Assembly: GCA_019057795.1 (NCBI GenBank)
Contig: JAHLWS010000060.1
Span: 1-64,000, forward strand
Source of the DNA: Promethearchaeota archaeon
GTDB lineage: Archaea; Asgardarchaeota; Lokiarchaeia; Sigyniarchaeales; SOKP01
Direction of reading: 5' to 3'
DNA: 64,000 nt
In this document: positions 8,332 through 17,132 of the stretch, in pieces
Position numbering within the stretch: the first letter of the stretch is position 1
How the letters are laid out: every line of letters starts with the position of its first letter
Program-made: the position numbers and the translations under genes
The notes under the pieces: model-generated
Told to the model about the DNA's origin: nothing
Database searches by the model: none
What the model saw: only the letters and a program-made list of their open reading frames with translations

Positions 8332-8455
8332 TTAGCGATGGGTTTCACTCCAGACGAGATCGGCTTGAAATTTCACAGAACTCGCATGAAATCCACGTTA
8401 GAAAAACTTGGTTTATAAACCAATTTATAACTTTATTTTTTTATTATTTTTTTTT
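8332..8455 (+). pseudogene. Orphan duplicate of the hdrB 3' end (28 codons plus stop and terminator)
   Basis: Encodes LAMGFTPDEIGLKFHRTRMKSTLEKLGL*, identical to the HdrB C-terminus, with 5 synonymous substitutions. Confidence 0.9.
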
Positions 8456-8519
8456 ATTAAATACCTTTTTTCCTTTACTTAGGTCCGATAATTTATAAAA
8501 AAGATGAAATTTATTAATA

Positions 8520-9200
8520 TTAGATCAAAAATCCTTTAAGGACTAAAAGAGCCCCTATATCGAAAATAATCAACGCTAAAATCTCAATCACAATTATTGA
8601 GAACAGTCCCCCTGTTAAATTGATAAAAAGCCCTAAAATAAATAAAATTACCCCTGACGAAAACCATGTTATTCTATTTTTAGTTTCGCCGTCCATTTTT
8701 CTAGTTATTAATATATAAGCATAAGCAGCATATCCGGCTAATAATATCCGAATGGTATTCACAAAAATTAACAAACCGGGAGGAGTATGGGTATTGACTA
8801 TACCAAGAGCATAATCATCCATATCTAAATACGGAGGAAATATAAAATATCCAATACTCATGACAAAGAATAAAATTAGCATGGTTCCAAGATACTTCAT
8901 GCTCATGGCAATCTTGGTATGTTTTTCTAAGACGAACAAGGTCATTATGAGGGAAATTGAATTAAAATTGAAAAAGATTTGGGCTGTTATCATAAGCGGA
9001 ATAATAATATCCGTATTATTTAAAATTAAATGGTAAATAGTATAGATTATAAATCCTAAGGATGAGGATATAAAGTATACGGCAAACCATCTGTTCAACA
9101 AGTCACTTTTGTTTAAAAAAACAACCCGTAATCCTATAATTAGTGCGATAACGGCTGTGATTATTGTCGTGATTATTTTTAGTATATTTAAAGGATCCAA
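8520..9200 (-). CDS. Hypothetical ~7-TM membrane protein
   Basis: About seven hydrophobic segments in 226 aa; TTG start. Confidence 0.7.
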   Translation of the reverse strand: MDPLNILKIITTIITAVIALIIGLRVVFLNKSDLLNRWFAVYFISSSLGFIIYTIYHLILNNTDIIIPLMITAQIFFNFNSISLIMTLFVLEKHTKIAMSMKYLGTMLILFFVMSIGYFIFPPYLDMDDYALGIVNTHTPPGLLIFVNTIRILLAGYAAYAYILITRKMDGETKNRITWFSSGVILFILGLFINLTGGLFSIIVIEILALIIFDIGALLVLKGFLI

Positions 9201-9469
9201 ATTATACTAACCTAAATTATTTTTTTTATAGTTATTTGGCGCATATAATATATATAACTTTCTTTTCGATTATCATGCAATTATTGATATTGTTTTTTCT
9301 TAATATTTGCGTTATATTTTTAGTGTCTGTCAAAGGTTCAAATCGCAAATATTAAAAATAGTGGTGGTGATTAATTATTTGCAAATTATTTCTTCGAGTG
9401 AAGAAGTATAAATTAGGTATAAAATATAAATAAATTATCTTAATGAGATATATTAGGAGTAGAGATTAA

Positions 9470-10252
9470 ATGATATCGTTCGATAAAGAGAGGTCCCCGC
9501 CCTGGTTTTTTCAATTCATCGAGAATTATTCGCATATAATGTTAGATTTGCGATTCAACACGGATAATGTGATGGTAGAAATGTTAAACTTTTCGTTAGA
9601 TTTAGAATTTCAGGGATTTGAAGGCTTAATTTTTTACATTTACAAACCAAACTCAAATAAAATCGAGTTCGACATTCTCGACCACAGAACTGTGTTCAAT
9701 AGCACAATAAAGAATTTGCATATTGACATTAAAGATTATACCTCTTCAGACTCGCTAGATTTTATCCTTATCCCTTTTGGGCACTTCAAGGAAGACCATA
9801 AGTTCATTCCAGTAATACACAGCGGAAATGTAGAATCAAATTATCAGATATTTACTTGGTCTCCGTCGTTACTTTTTAAAAACATTAAATCGATAATTAA
9901 AATTGCAAATACTTACGACGAAATAGTGCCGCTAGCGTATTTAGAGCGATACTACTATCAATTTAATAGCTCGTTTAAAGGAAATAAAACGGAATTTCTT
10001 TTCAGTCTTATTAATATCCTTGTTAGTCTTGAGGATATGCCCGATATTGAACCTTTAGTCTCTAAGATAAAAGAGTTAATCACAAAAACTAACGAGCTTT
10101 TATTTGAATTGTGCCAAAGATCAATTCCCTTAGAAATGAATAGCCTTCTCAAAGAATTAGAGCGGTTGAAATTCAATGTTGACAATTTATCTAAAGAAGA
10201 AATCTTTAATTGGCTCGACGACCTGTTAAATTTTTATGCGGATAAGGTTTAA
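9470..10252 (+). CDS. Hypothetical protein
   Basis: 260-aa ORF with AGGAG SD upstream; no recognisable motif. Confidence 0.65.
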   Translation: MISFDKERSPPWFFQFIENYSHIMLDLRFNTDNVMVEMLNFSLDLEFQGFEGLIFYIYKPNSNKIEFDILDHRTVFNSTIKNLHIDIKDYTSSDSLDFILIPFGHFKEDHKFIPVIHSGNVESNYQIFTWSPSLLFKNIKSIIKIANTYDEIVPLAYLERYYYQFNSSFKGNKTEFLFSLINILVSLEDMPDIEPLVSKIKELITKTNELLFELCQRSIPLEMNSLLKELERLKFNVDNLSKEEIFNWLDDLLNFYADKV

Positions 10253-10335
10253 ACGACTTTATTGTTTTCATGGATGACTACTATGTCATAACTCTGCTAA
10301 GATTTATTAATAAAAAGAAGAAAAATTTTCTTATC

Positions 10336-10890
10336 TTATTTTTTAATTTTTTCTATAACAAGGAGAATTAACGCTACTAAGAGGAAAATTGCTCCAACAA
10401 TCAAGAAACCAAATTTTATCGTCGCAGAAAGTGACGCAATTAAAGGGACGAACGATGCAAACTCGGAGCCTTCGTTAAGCATGATGAGTAGATTTATATT
10501 TTCCATAATGTCAAAAATTCCGGCGATAATTGGCGTTAAGCTCATGTAAAGGCCAATATTTAGCATATTATCGTTCAATTTTCTCGAAATGAGTAAAATC
10601 AATGCGAAAAGAGGTACTGTGTAACCAACGATATAAAGAAAGTCCCAGTACACTCCCGCCGCTTGCGCTGTCATTTCTTCGGTGCCCCAAAAATCAAAGA
10701 TCGTTAATATTTGCTCTTCAGTCCAAGCAAATTCAAAGTCTAAGATACCATACATACCTCCTGAATATGCCAACGGTCCAAAAATCAGAATGTTAATTGT
10801 AAGAAGAATGACAATTCCTATAGCCGCTACTATTAATAGAATTAAATCGCTCGGATATTTTTTTAAATTTTCTAATTTTTCTAAAAACAT
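10336..10890 (-). CDS. Hypothetical 4-TM membrane protein
   Basis: Four hydrophobic helices; DFLY and FDIMEN motifs. Confidence 0.7.
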   Translation of the reverse strand: MFLEKLENLKKYPSDLILLIVAAIGIVILLTINILIFGPLAYSGGMYGILDFEFAWTEEQILTIFDFWGTEEMTAQAAGVYWDFLYIVGYTVPLFALILLISRKLNDNMLNIGLYMSLTPIIAGIFDIMENINLLIMLNEGSEFASFVPLIASLSATIKFGFLIVGAIFLLVALILLVIEKIKK

Positions 10891-11073
10891 ATTATTTCAC
10901 GTTTTAAAACCTAAAATTTAACTAACGAAAGTTATGATAATAAATTAAATTTAAGTTTAATATATAATAAATTCTAACCTTCATTTAAAAAATAAACAAT
11001 TATATAATCATTAATTATTTTTAGGTTCTAATATTAGGAAAATTAGATATATTCATTCTAAAATTGTAAAATT

Positions 11074-11322
11074 ATGTGTCTCGCTATCCCTGGAAAAATT
11101 ATTCAGATTAACATCGAAAAAAGTTCCGCTTTGGTAGACTTTGACGGAATACAGCAAAACGTTATAACTGCTTTAATTTTAAACCCGGAAGTTGGAAAGT
11201 ATGTAATCGTACACGCAGGGTACGCCATCGAACAAATTAACGAAAAAGACGCACTTGAAGCGATTGAGCAGTGGAAAGAGATTGCCGAGGATCAGAACCT
11301 TAACTTATCCGATATTATGTAA
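11074..11322 (+). CDS. hypC: Hydrogenase maturation chaperone HypC
   Basis: MCLAIPGKI N-terminus and VIVHAGYAI. Confidence 0.95.
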   Translation: MCLAIPGKIIQINIEKSSALVDFDGIQQNVITALILNPEVGKYVIVHAGYAIEQINEKDALEAIEQWKEIAEDQNLNLSDIM

Positions 11323-11340
11323 TTAATTCTAAATTCTGTG

Positions 11341-12144
11341 CTATAAATCAAATAACTCGATTTTGAGCTGCTTTAATTTGTCAAATAGCTTTTTAATAGC
11401 GCCAATAGCCTTTGAATCTGGATTAAAATCTAAAGGGGAGGCTCCATTCAAATCAGCTTTTCCGATTTCGGAGTCGAAAAGAATTGAGTGATATAATGGA
11501 ACTTTCCAATCTCTAATACGATCGTTGATAACACTTAATTGAGATTCATCAATCACTTTGTTAACAATAAGATAGATGTTAATTACGCCTAATTTTCTCG
11601 ATAATTCTATTATTTTAGAGCAAAGGTCTAAAGATTTCTGAGAAGGTTCAGCTATTACCAGCATGACATCGATTCCTTTAGCAGTGCCACGACCTAAATG
11701 TTCTAAACCCGCTTCGAAATCAACGATTACTACTTCGTCTCTTTTTACAAGCAAGTTAAATAATAAAGTCCTGATCAAAGCATTTTCGGGGCATAAGCAA
11801 CCTGAGGCGGGTTCTACAATTCCTCCTAATACAAGCAATTGTAACCCGTTTGGACCAGTGACTTTAAATTTATCAGGAATATCGGACACATTTGGAGTTA
11901 TGTTATAAACGCCTGGACCAGCACCCTTAACAACCGTACGTTCCTCAATCATTTTTTTCATTTCTGAAATCGGGACAATCTTTGATTTGACCGTTTCACT
12001 TATTCCTAAAGTATAGCTTAAATTCATCGCTGAATCGTTATCAATAGCTAAAACTTTAAACCCATCTATAGCAAAAAGTCGTGCTAAAGTTCCAGCGATT
12101 AAAGTCTTACCAACACCGCCTTTACCGGCTACTGCGATTTTAAT
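11341..12144 (-). CDS. cooC: CooC-type nickel-insertion ATPase; true 5' end lies upstream of the listed ORF, apparent ATT start at 12144
   Basis: Frame extends 39 codons upstream of 12027 to (I)KIAVAGKGGVGKT (deviant Walker A); GCLCP metal site; DFEAGLEHLGRG. Confidence 0.85.
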   Translation of the reverse strand: MKIAVAGKGGVGKTLIAGTLARLFAIDGFKVLAIDNDSAMNLSYTLGISETVKSKIVPISEMKKMIEERTVVKGAGPGVYNITPNVSDIPDKFKVTGPNGLQLLVLGGIVEPASGCLCPENALIRTLLFNLLVKRDEVVIVDFEAGLEHLGRGTAKGIDVMLVIAEPSQKSLDLCSKIIELSRKLGVINIYLIVNKVIDESQLSVINDRIRDWKVPLYHSILFDSEIGKADLNGASPLDFNPDSKAIGAIKKLFDKLKQLKIELFDL

Positions 12145-12320
12145 TCTAAATCTACCTTTTTATTAATTATTTGGTTTGTTTTAATTATTTTTTAACTGAA
12201 ATTAAATTTTTAGGTTAAGTTTAGTAATAATCTGTAGAGGATTGTTTATCTTAGATAAAAAATTTGACTAATAATTTATGGTATATTAGTTTATGAGGAG
12301 TCAAAATAGAATTATAAGAT

Positions 12321-12581
12321 TTAACAATTCTTACCCATATTTTGCATTCTTTTTGATATTTTCATCATTTCGTTAAAGATCTTCTCGTTATCTTTCGGAT
12401 TTTTAGAAACGATTAGTTTTTCATTTAAATCTTTTATTTTCATTGTTAATTCTGTAAATTCCTTAGGTGGTTTTAGTTGGTAATGATGAATTAATTCGCC
12501 ATTATCTTTGAATTCAATATAAACCCATTTATTATCTTTTTGGGACCAATTCCACCTGTTATGCGTTAATTCTCTTGCCAT
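12321..12581 (-). CDS. Hypothetical protein
   Basis: 86-aa ORF with coding-like composition; its 3' end is duplicated at 13226-13270. Confidence 0.65.
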   Translation of the reverse strand: MARELTHNRWNWSQKDNKWVYIEFKDNGELIHHYQLKPPKEFTELTMKIKDLNEKLIVSKNPKDNEKIFNEMMKISKRMQNMGKNC

Positions 12582-12798
12582 TCAATTTTTCACAATTTTT
12601 CTAAAATAAATTAGCATAGATAGTAATCAAATATCTATTAGCTAAAACCTTGTTATTGTTATTATTTTATACGAAGAGATATTTATTGTTTTTTAAAAAA
12701 TATATTAACGAGTTATTAAGAAACAACGAAAAAATTAAAATTGAAAGGTTTTAAAATTACTAGTTTTAACAATTTAATTTCGCCATTATCTTTAAATT

Positions 12799-13140
12799 TC
12801 AAACGAAAAATCTAAAGAAATTACCCGCTACAAGTAAACCGATTATCCCAACTATTATAATAAGTATTAATTCACCTAGACAACCTGGTCCTCTCAACCA
12901 GATAGATTTTTTCTTCTGGGATAGAATTGAATGGTCTCCTAAAACTAAATACGATTTAGGTTTAATCACATTTTGATTTTTAAGCATTTTTTGCTTATCT
13001 TCCTCCGACATATCTATCCATTTTCTTATCATTATCATAGAAACTCCCTGCTCGGTAGCTATATCTTGAATACTTTTCCCTAATTCATAATACTGGTGTT
13101 TTAACCAATCTGAATTCTTATAATCATCTTTTACCTTCAC
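12799..13140 (-). CDS. HTH-domain protein with C-terminal TM helix
   Basis: WLKHQYYELGKSIQDIATEQGVS...IRKW HTH pattern; hydrophobic C-terminus; GGTGA SD upstream. Confidence 0.65.
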   Translation of the reverse strand: MKVKDDYKNSDWLKHQYYELGKSIQDIATEQGVSMIMIRKWIDMSEEDKQKMLKNQNVIKPKSYLVLGDHSILSQKKKSIWLRGPGCLGELILIIIVGIIGLLVAGNFFRFFV

Positions 13141-13268
13141 TTTCTCACCTTTTTTTAATTATATTATTACTTTCAGTAAAAAGTGCTAAATATAATGAAA
13201 TGAAATATAAGATTATTTTAAAGATAGATTTAACAATTCTTACCCATATTTTGAATTCTTTTTGATAT

Positions 13269-14678
13269 TTAACAATTTAATTTCGAGAGCATTTCTATAG
13301 CAGCTTCCCGAACGTCAATGTCCTTATCTCTTTGAAGTGCTTTCAACATATCTATCTTTTCATTATTCTCAAAATTCTGTAAAGCTTTAATGAGGTATAA
13401 CTTTACGATCCAATCGTCGTCTTTAACTAGTCCTTTGAAAGCGTCAAAAACTTTAGGTCCTTTTATGAAGCTTAATACTTTTATAGCGTATGTTTTTAAA
13501 TCTCTATTGCTTTTACTTAAATCTTCGACAAGCTGGGCTACAATCAGATCCTTAGAATCATTTGTCATTTGTTTATACATTTTAAAGAAAAGAGTAGGTG
13601 GAAAGTTTTCAAAAACAATCTGGTCTGGTATTATAACGGGTTCTATATTATCAAATACCTGATCTTCACGAACTTTTAATTCTACTATCAAATCGCTTAA
13701 TTGTTTGTTAGAGTTTTCGAACTTTTGGTATTTAACATTTAAATTTTCTAATTCTTCGTCTCTTTCTGAAATTTTCTTAAGAAACTCTTCAATTTTTTGC
13801 TTTAAGCTTTCTATAATGGATACATTCGTATTTATAATATCTTTTAACTCGGTATTTTCTACTTCTAAACGTAATAAATTGCCCTTTAATTCTTTTAAAT
13901 TATCGCCGATTTCAACGCCTTCTGGAGACGCTTGTTCATGAAATTTTACGGTTTCTTCTATTTTCTGTTGTAAATAATTAACCTTTTCGTGATATTGATC
14001 GTTGTCAAAAGTTAACTGGTCGACAATTTTATTTACCTCATCTAATTCGTGGATGTATTGAGTTTTAGCCTCATCATTCTCTTGTAGATTCGTTTTAAGC
14101 TTTTCTATTTCTTGCTTTAACGATTCAATTTGAACGCGACTAATCCCGTTTTCTTCGGTTAATTGAAAAATCAGTTTTTTCGCATTTATTAAATCTTGAT
14201 TTTCTTCTCCAATATCTCCTTCTTTAAATACGAGTTTTTCTTGCAATTCTTTTATTTTGGTGTTCAAATTCTCGATTTTAAGGCGATTAGTCTCGTTTTC
14301 TTCAGTCAATTGCACAATAACTTTGTTTGAGTAAATTAATTCTTCATTATCTTCGTTAAAATTTTGAGCGTTTTCAAATTCCTTCGATATTTCCGCAATA
14401 GTTTGTTGTAGGATTTCAATATCTTTTTCCTTTTTGATAATTTCTTGTCTTTGGTTCGTGACTAACTCTTTTAACACGATTATATCTTCCGGAATATTGT
14501 TTTCTTTGAATTCAGAAAGTTTAGATTTTTGGTTTTGTATTATTGTTTTTTGCTCATCAATAGTAAAGTTCAATCGCTGCACTTCTTCTTTTAGACGACT
14601 TATAATGGTTTCTAAATCGGAGTGAGTTTGATTTGTGTAATCAACTGAATCTATTAAATCCTTTAATTCTTTACTCAT
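13269..14678 (-). CDS. Long coiled-coil protein with C-terminal HEAT-like repeats
   Basis: Heptad-rich E/K/Q/L region of about 340 aa; C-terminal D.D..V(R/K)..A...L repeats. Confidence 0.75.
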   Translation of the reverse strand: MSKELKDLIDSVDYTNQTHSDLETIISRLKEEVQRLNFTIDEQKTIIQNQKSKLSEFKENNIPEDIIVLKELVTNQRQEIIKKEKDIEILQQTIAEISKEFENAQNFNEDNEELIYSNKVIVQLTEENETNRLKIENLNTKIKELQEKLVFKEGDIGEENQDLINAKKLIFQLTEENGISRVQIESLKQEIEKLKTNLQENDEAKTQYIHELDEVNKIVDQLTFDNDQYHEKVNYLQQKIEETVKFHEQASPEGVEIGDNLKELKGNLLRLEVENTELKDIINTNVSIIESLKQKIEEFLKKISERDEELENLNVKYQKFENSNKQLSDLIVELKVREDQVFDNIEPVIIPDQIVFENFPPTLFFKMYKQMTNDSKDLIVAQLVEDLSKSNRDLKTYAIKVLSFIKGPKVFDAFKGLVKDDDWIVKLYLIKALQNFENNEKIDMLKALQRDKDIDVREAAIEMLSKLNC

Positions 14679-14895
14679 TTTAATAGCGTATTAATGTTCT
14701 AATTTGAATTATTAATAAAGGTTTTAGCTAATAAATCTTCACATATTTTAGCTAAATACTATATTTTGATAATGAAACTTGAGATAATAAATCTTTATTG
14801 ACTCCTACATGAAAAATTTTAAATTATTGGAAATTATTTAATACGTTATATATAATCGGAAATAAGTAAATAAAATAGATTTATAGTGAAAGAAT

Positions 14896-15726
14896 ATGTC
14901 ACAAGATATGCCAAAAGTATTTAAACCTCGACTAATCAAAGAAGACGATTTATACGGAGAAAAAACGGGATATAGATTAAACATCTTAAGACCAAATGTA
15001 TACCAATTTTACTCGACGATGGCTGGGTGCCATGTTTTCTTAATAATTGGCGATGATCTAAATGTTTTAATTGATACAGGTATTATTACTAAATTTAATA
15101 GCTTTAACTATTTGCTCACCACAGAAATTGGTTTGAAAATCGAGGATATAGACATAGTTATCAATACTCACGCACATTTCGATCATATTAGTTCTAATGC
15201 TTATTTCCAATGTCCCATTGCTGCGCATCGATGGGCTGCGGTTAAAATACAACACAGCGATGAATTAATAACTAAAGGGAAAAAATGGGGCGTCGATTTA
15301 ACCGACATGAGGATTAATTTATGGTTGGAAGATAGAAACATAATCGATTTAGGAAACACATTCTTGAAAGTAATCGAAACACCTGGGCATACTTCGGGTT
15401 GTATCTGTCTTTATGAGCCCTATAAAAATTATCTCTTTTCTGGTGATACATTGTTTAAAGGTGCTATATCCAATATTTACGAATCAGGGTCAATCTCAGA
15501 ATACATAAACTCGCTGCAAATATTGAACACTTTAAAGATAGATAGCTTCTATCCTAGCCATGGAAATTGCGTAATCGGTTTTGAATTAGTATCTCAAGAG
15601 ATAGAAAATTCTATAGAAAATGCAAAAATGGAACTAAACGCGTATATTAACAGGATTAAGAGTAAATCTTTAGAAAAAGCTAGACCGCCTCCTTCCCTCT
15701 ATAACAGGGAAGAAGAAGATCTTTAA
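14896..15726 (+). CDS. MBL-fold metallo-hydrolase
   Basis: THAHFDH, TPGHT, SGDTLF and PSHG motifs. Confidence 0.9.
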   Translation: MSQDMPKVFKPRLIKEDDLYGEKTGYRLNILRPNVYQFYSTMAGCHVFLIIGDDLNVLIDTGIITKFNSFNYLLTTEIGLKIEDIDIVINTHAHFDHISSNAYFQCPIAAHRWAAVKIQHSDELITKGKKWGVDLTDMRINLWLEDRNIIDLGNTFLKVIETPGHTSGCICLYEPYKNYLFSGDTLFKGAISNIYESGSISEYINSLQILNTLKIDSFYPSHGNCVIGFELVSQEIENSIENAKMELNAYINRIKSKSLEKARPPPSLYNREEEDL

Positions 15727-15731
15727 TTATT

Positions 15732-16352
15732 TTAAATAGGACTGACCTCGATTTCGACTTTTGCGCCGCAATATTGACAATTTTTCAATTTTTTATTAAA
15801 AACATCCCCACAAGTTTTACATATTTGTAGATTTCTCTTGATTATCTTTTTAACAACAAATAAAAACGCTTCTTCAACATTTTCTCCAGTTTTCGAAGAG
15901 GTACTTGTAATTTCTGTAAACCAGTCATATTTTTGACAAAATTCAGTAGCATCTTTTTTAGAAACCTCCCTTACGCTTTTTAAATCGATCTTAGTAGCTA
16001 TAATTTGTTTGACAATATTGGAATGCGCGTTTCCATCAATAATTCTCACCCAATTATCAATATCATCTAATGATTCTTTATTTGTAGTATCAAATAAAAT
16101 AAATGCTGCTGAAGCTCCATTAGCATACGCAGGAAATAAGGTGCGATATTTTTCTTCGCCAGCAAAATCCCATATATTTAAATCTAAGGAAATATCCTTA
16201 TGAGGCCCCTTTACAGTGATACTTTTTCTTTTAAAATCAACTCCTATTGTTGCTTTCATATCTTCTTTAAAAATATTATCACATAAACGGGCAATTAAGG
16301 AAGATTTGCCAACATCTTTAGCCCCAGCAATTATGATTTTATATTTTAGCAA
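15732..16352 (-). CDS. Rab-like small GTPase with C-terminal zinc ribbon
   Basis: G1 GAKDVGKSS, ATIGVDF, G3 WDFAGEE, G4 TKID, G5 SSKTGENV; CxxC-x10-CxxC tail. Confidence 0.9.
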   Translation of the reverse strand: MLKYKIIIAGAKDVGKSSLIARLCDNIFKEDMKATIGVDFKRKSITVKGPHKDISLDLNIWDFAGEEKYRTLFPAYANGASAAFILFDTTNKESLDDIDNWVRIIDGNAHSNIVKQIIATKIDLKSVREVSKKDATEFCQKYDWFTEITSTSSKTGENVEEAFLFVVKKIIKRNLQICKTCGDVFNKKLKNCQYCGAKVEIEVSPI

Positions 16353-16501
16353 ATTAAAATCTCCTTTCTTAAACCTATATTAAATTATTAGGAAGATGTT
16401 ATTAATAGATTTTTATCTTAATGAGTAGCCATTCATAAAAAGTGATTTTTGACATTAAGAACTTTAAAACAAAATGAAAAAAAATGAACTAAATTATAAT
16501 T

Positions 16502-16978
16502 TTAAATAATTTCAATTTTTTGAATTTTATCTCCCTTCTGAATGGAATCAACCATTTTCTGATCTTCGGAACCTATTATTGCTCCAATTATGGTATGTTT
16601 ATTATTTAAATGTGGCGTAGGAACGTGAGTTATGAAAAATTGGGACCCATTTGTGTTTTTTCCCGCATTTGCCATTGCTAAGATACCAGGTTTATCAAAA
16701 GTTCTCCCCGATTTAAACTCGTCAGAAAAGGGGTAAGATATGTCTTTTCCTTGAAATGGAAAAGAATTTATTCCCTTTTGTTTTGGTCCGTGCATTCCTG
16801 TACCCGTTGGACATCCTCCTTGTATCATAAAGTCTTGAATTACGCGATGAAATGTCAATCCATTGTAATAACCTCGCTTAGCTAAGTATAAAAAGCTCGC
16901 AACAGCGAGGGGAGCGTCATCGTCAAACATCAAAAGATTTATAGTTCCTTTAGTAGTAATTAATTTTATTTTAGTCAT
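16502..16978 (-). CDS. Cyclophilin-type peptidyl-prolyl isomerase
   Basis: FHRVIQDFMIQGG, AMANAGKNTNGSQFFIT and HLNNKHT. Confidence 0.95.
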   Translation of the reverse strand: MTKIKLITTKGTINLLMFDDDAPLAVASFLYLAKRGYYNGLTFHRVIQDFMIQGGCPTGTGMHGPKQKGINSFPFQGKDISYPFSDEFKSGRTFDKPGILAMANAGKNTNGSQFFITHVPTPHLNNKHTIIGAIIGSEDQKMVDSIQKGDKIQKIEII

Positions 16979-17132
16979 AATATTTGTTTTAGTGCGTTAT
17001 TACTAAAAAATATTTATTAAAAAATACTATAGAAACCTCATATTAAACTATCTAAAATATAAAAACTTTAAAATTAATAGCTATAAAACACTTTTGTAAT
17101 TAAACTTAAAATCATTTAGCGTCAATGCAAAA

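Noticed and set aside
8310-8498. 62-aa ORF in the track
   Set aside because: Out-of-frame reading of the duplicated hdrB 3' end and its terminator.
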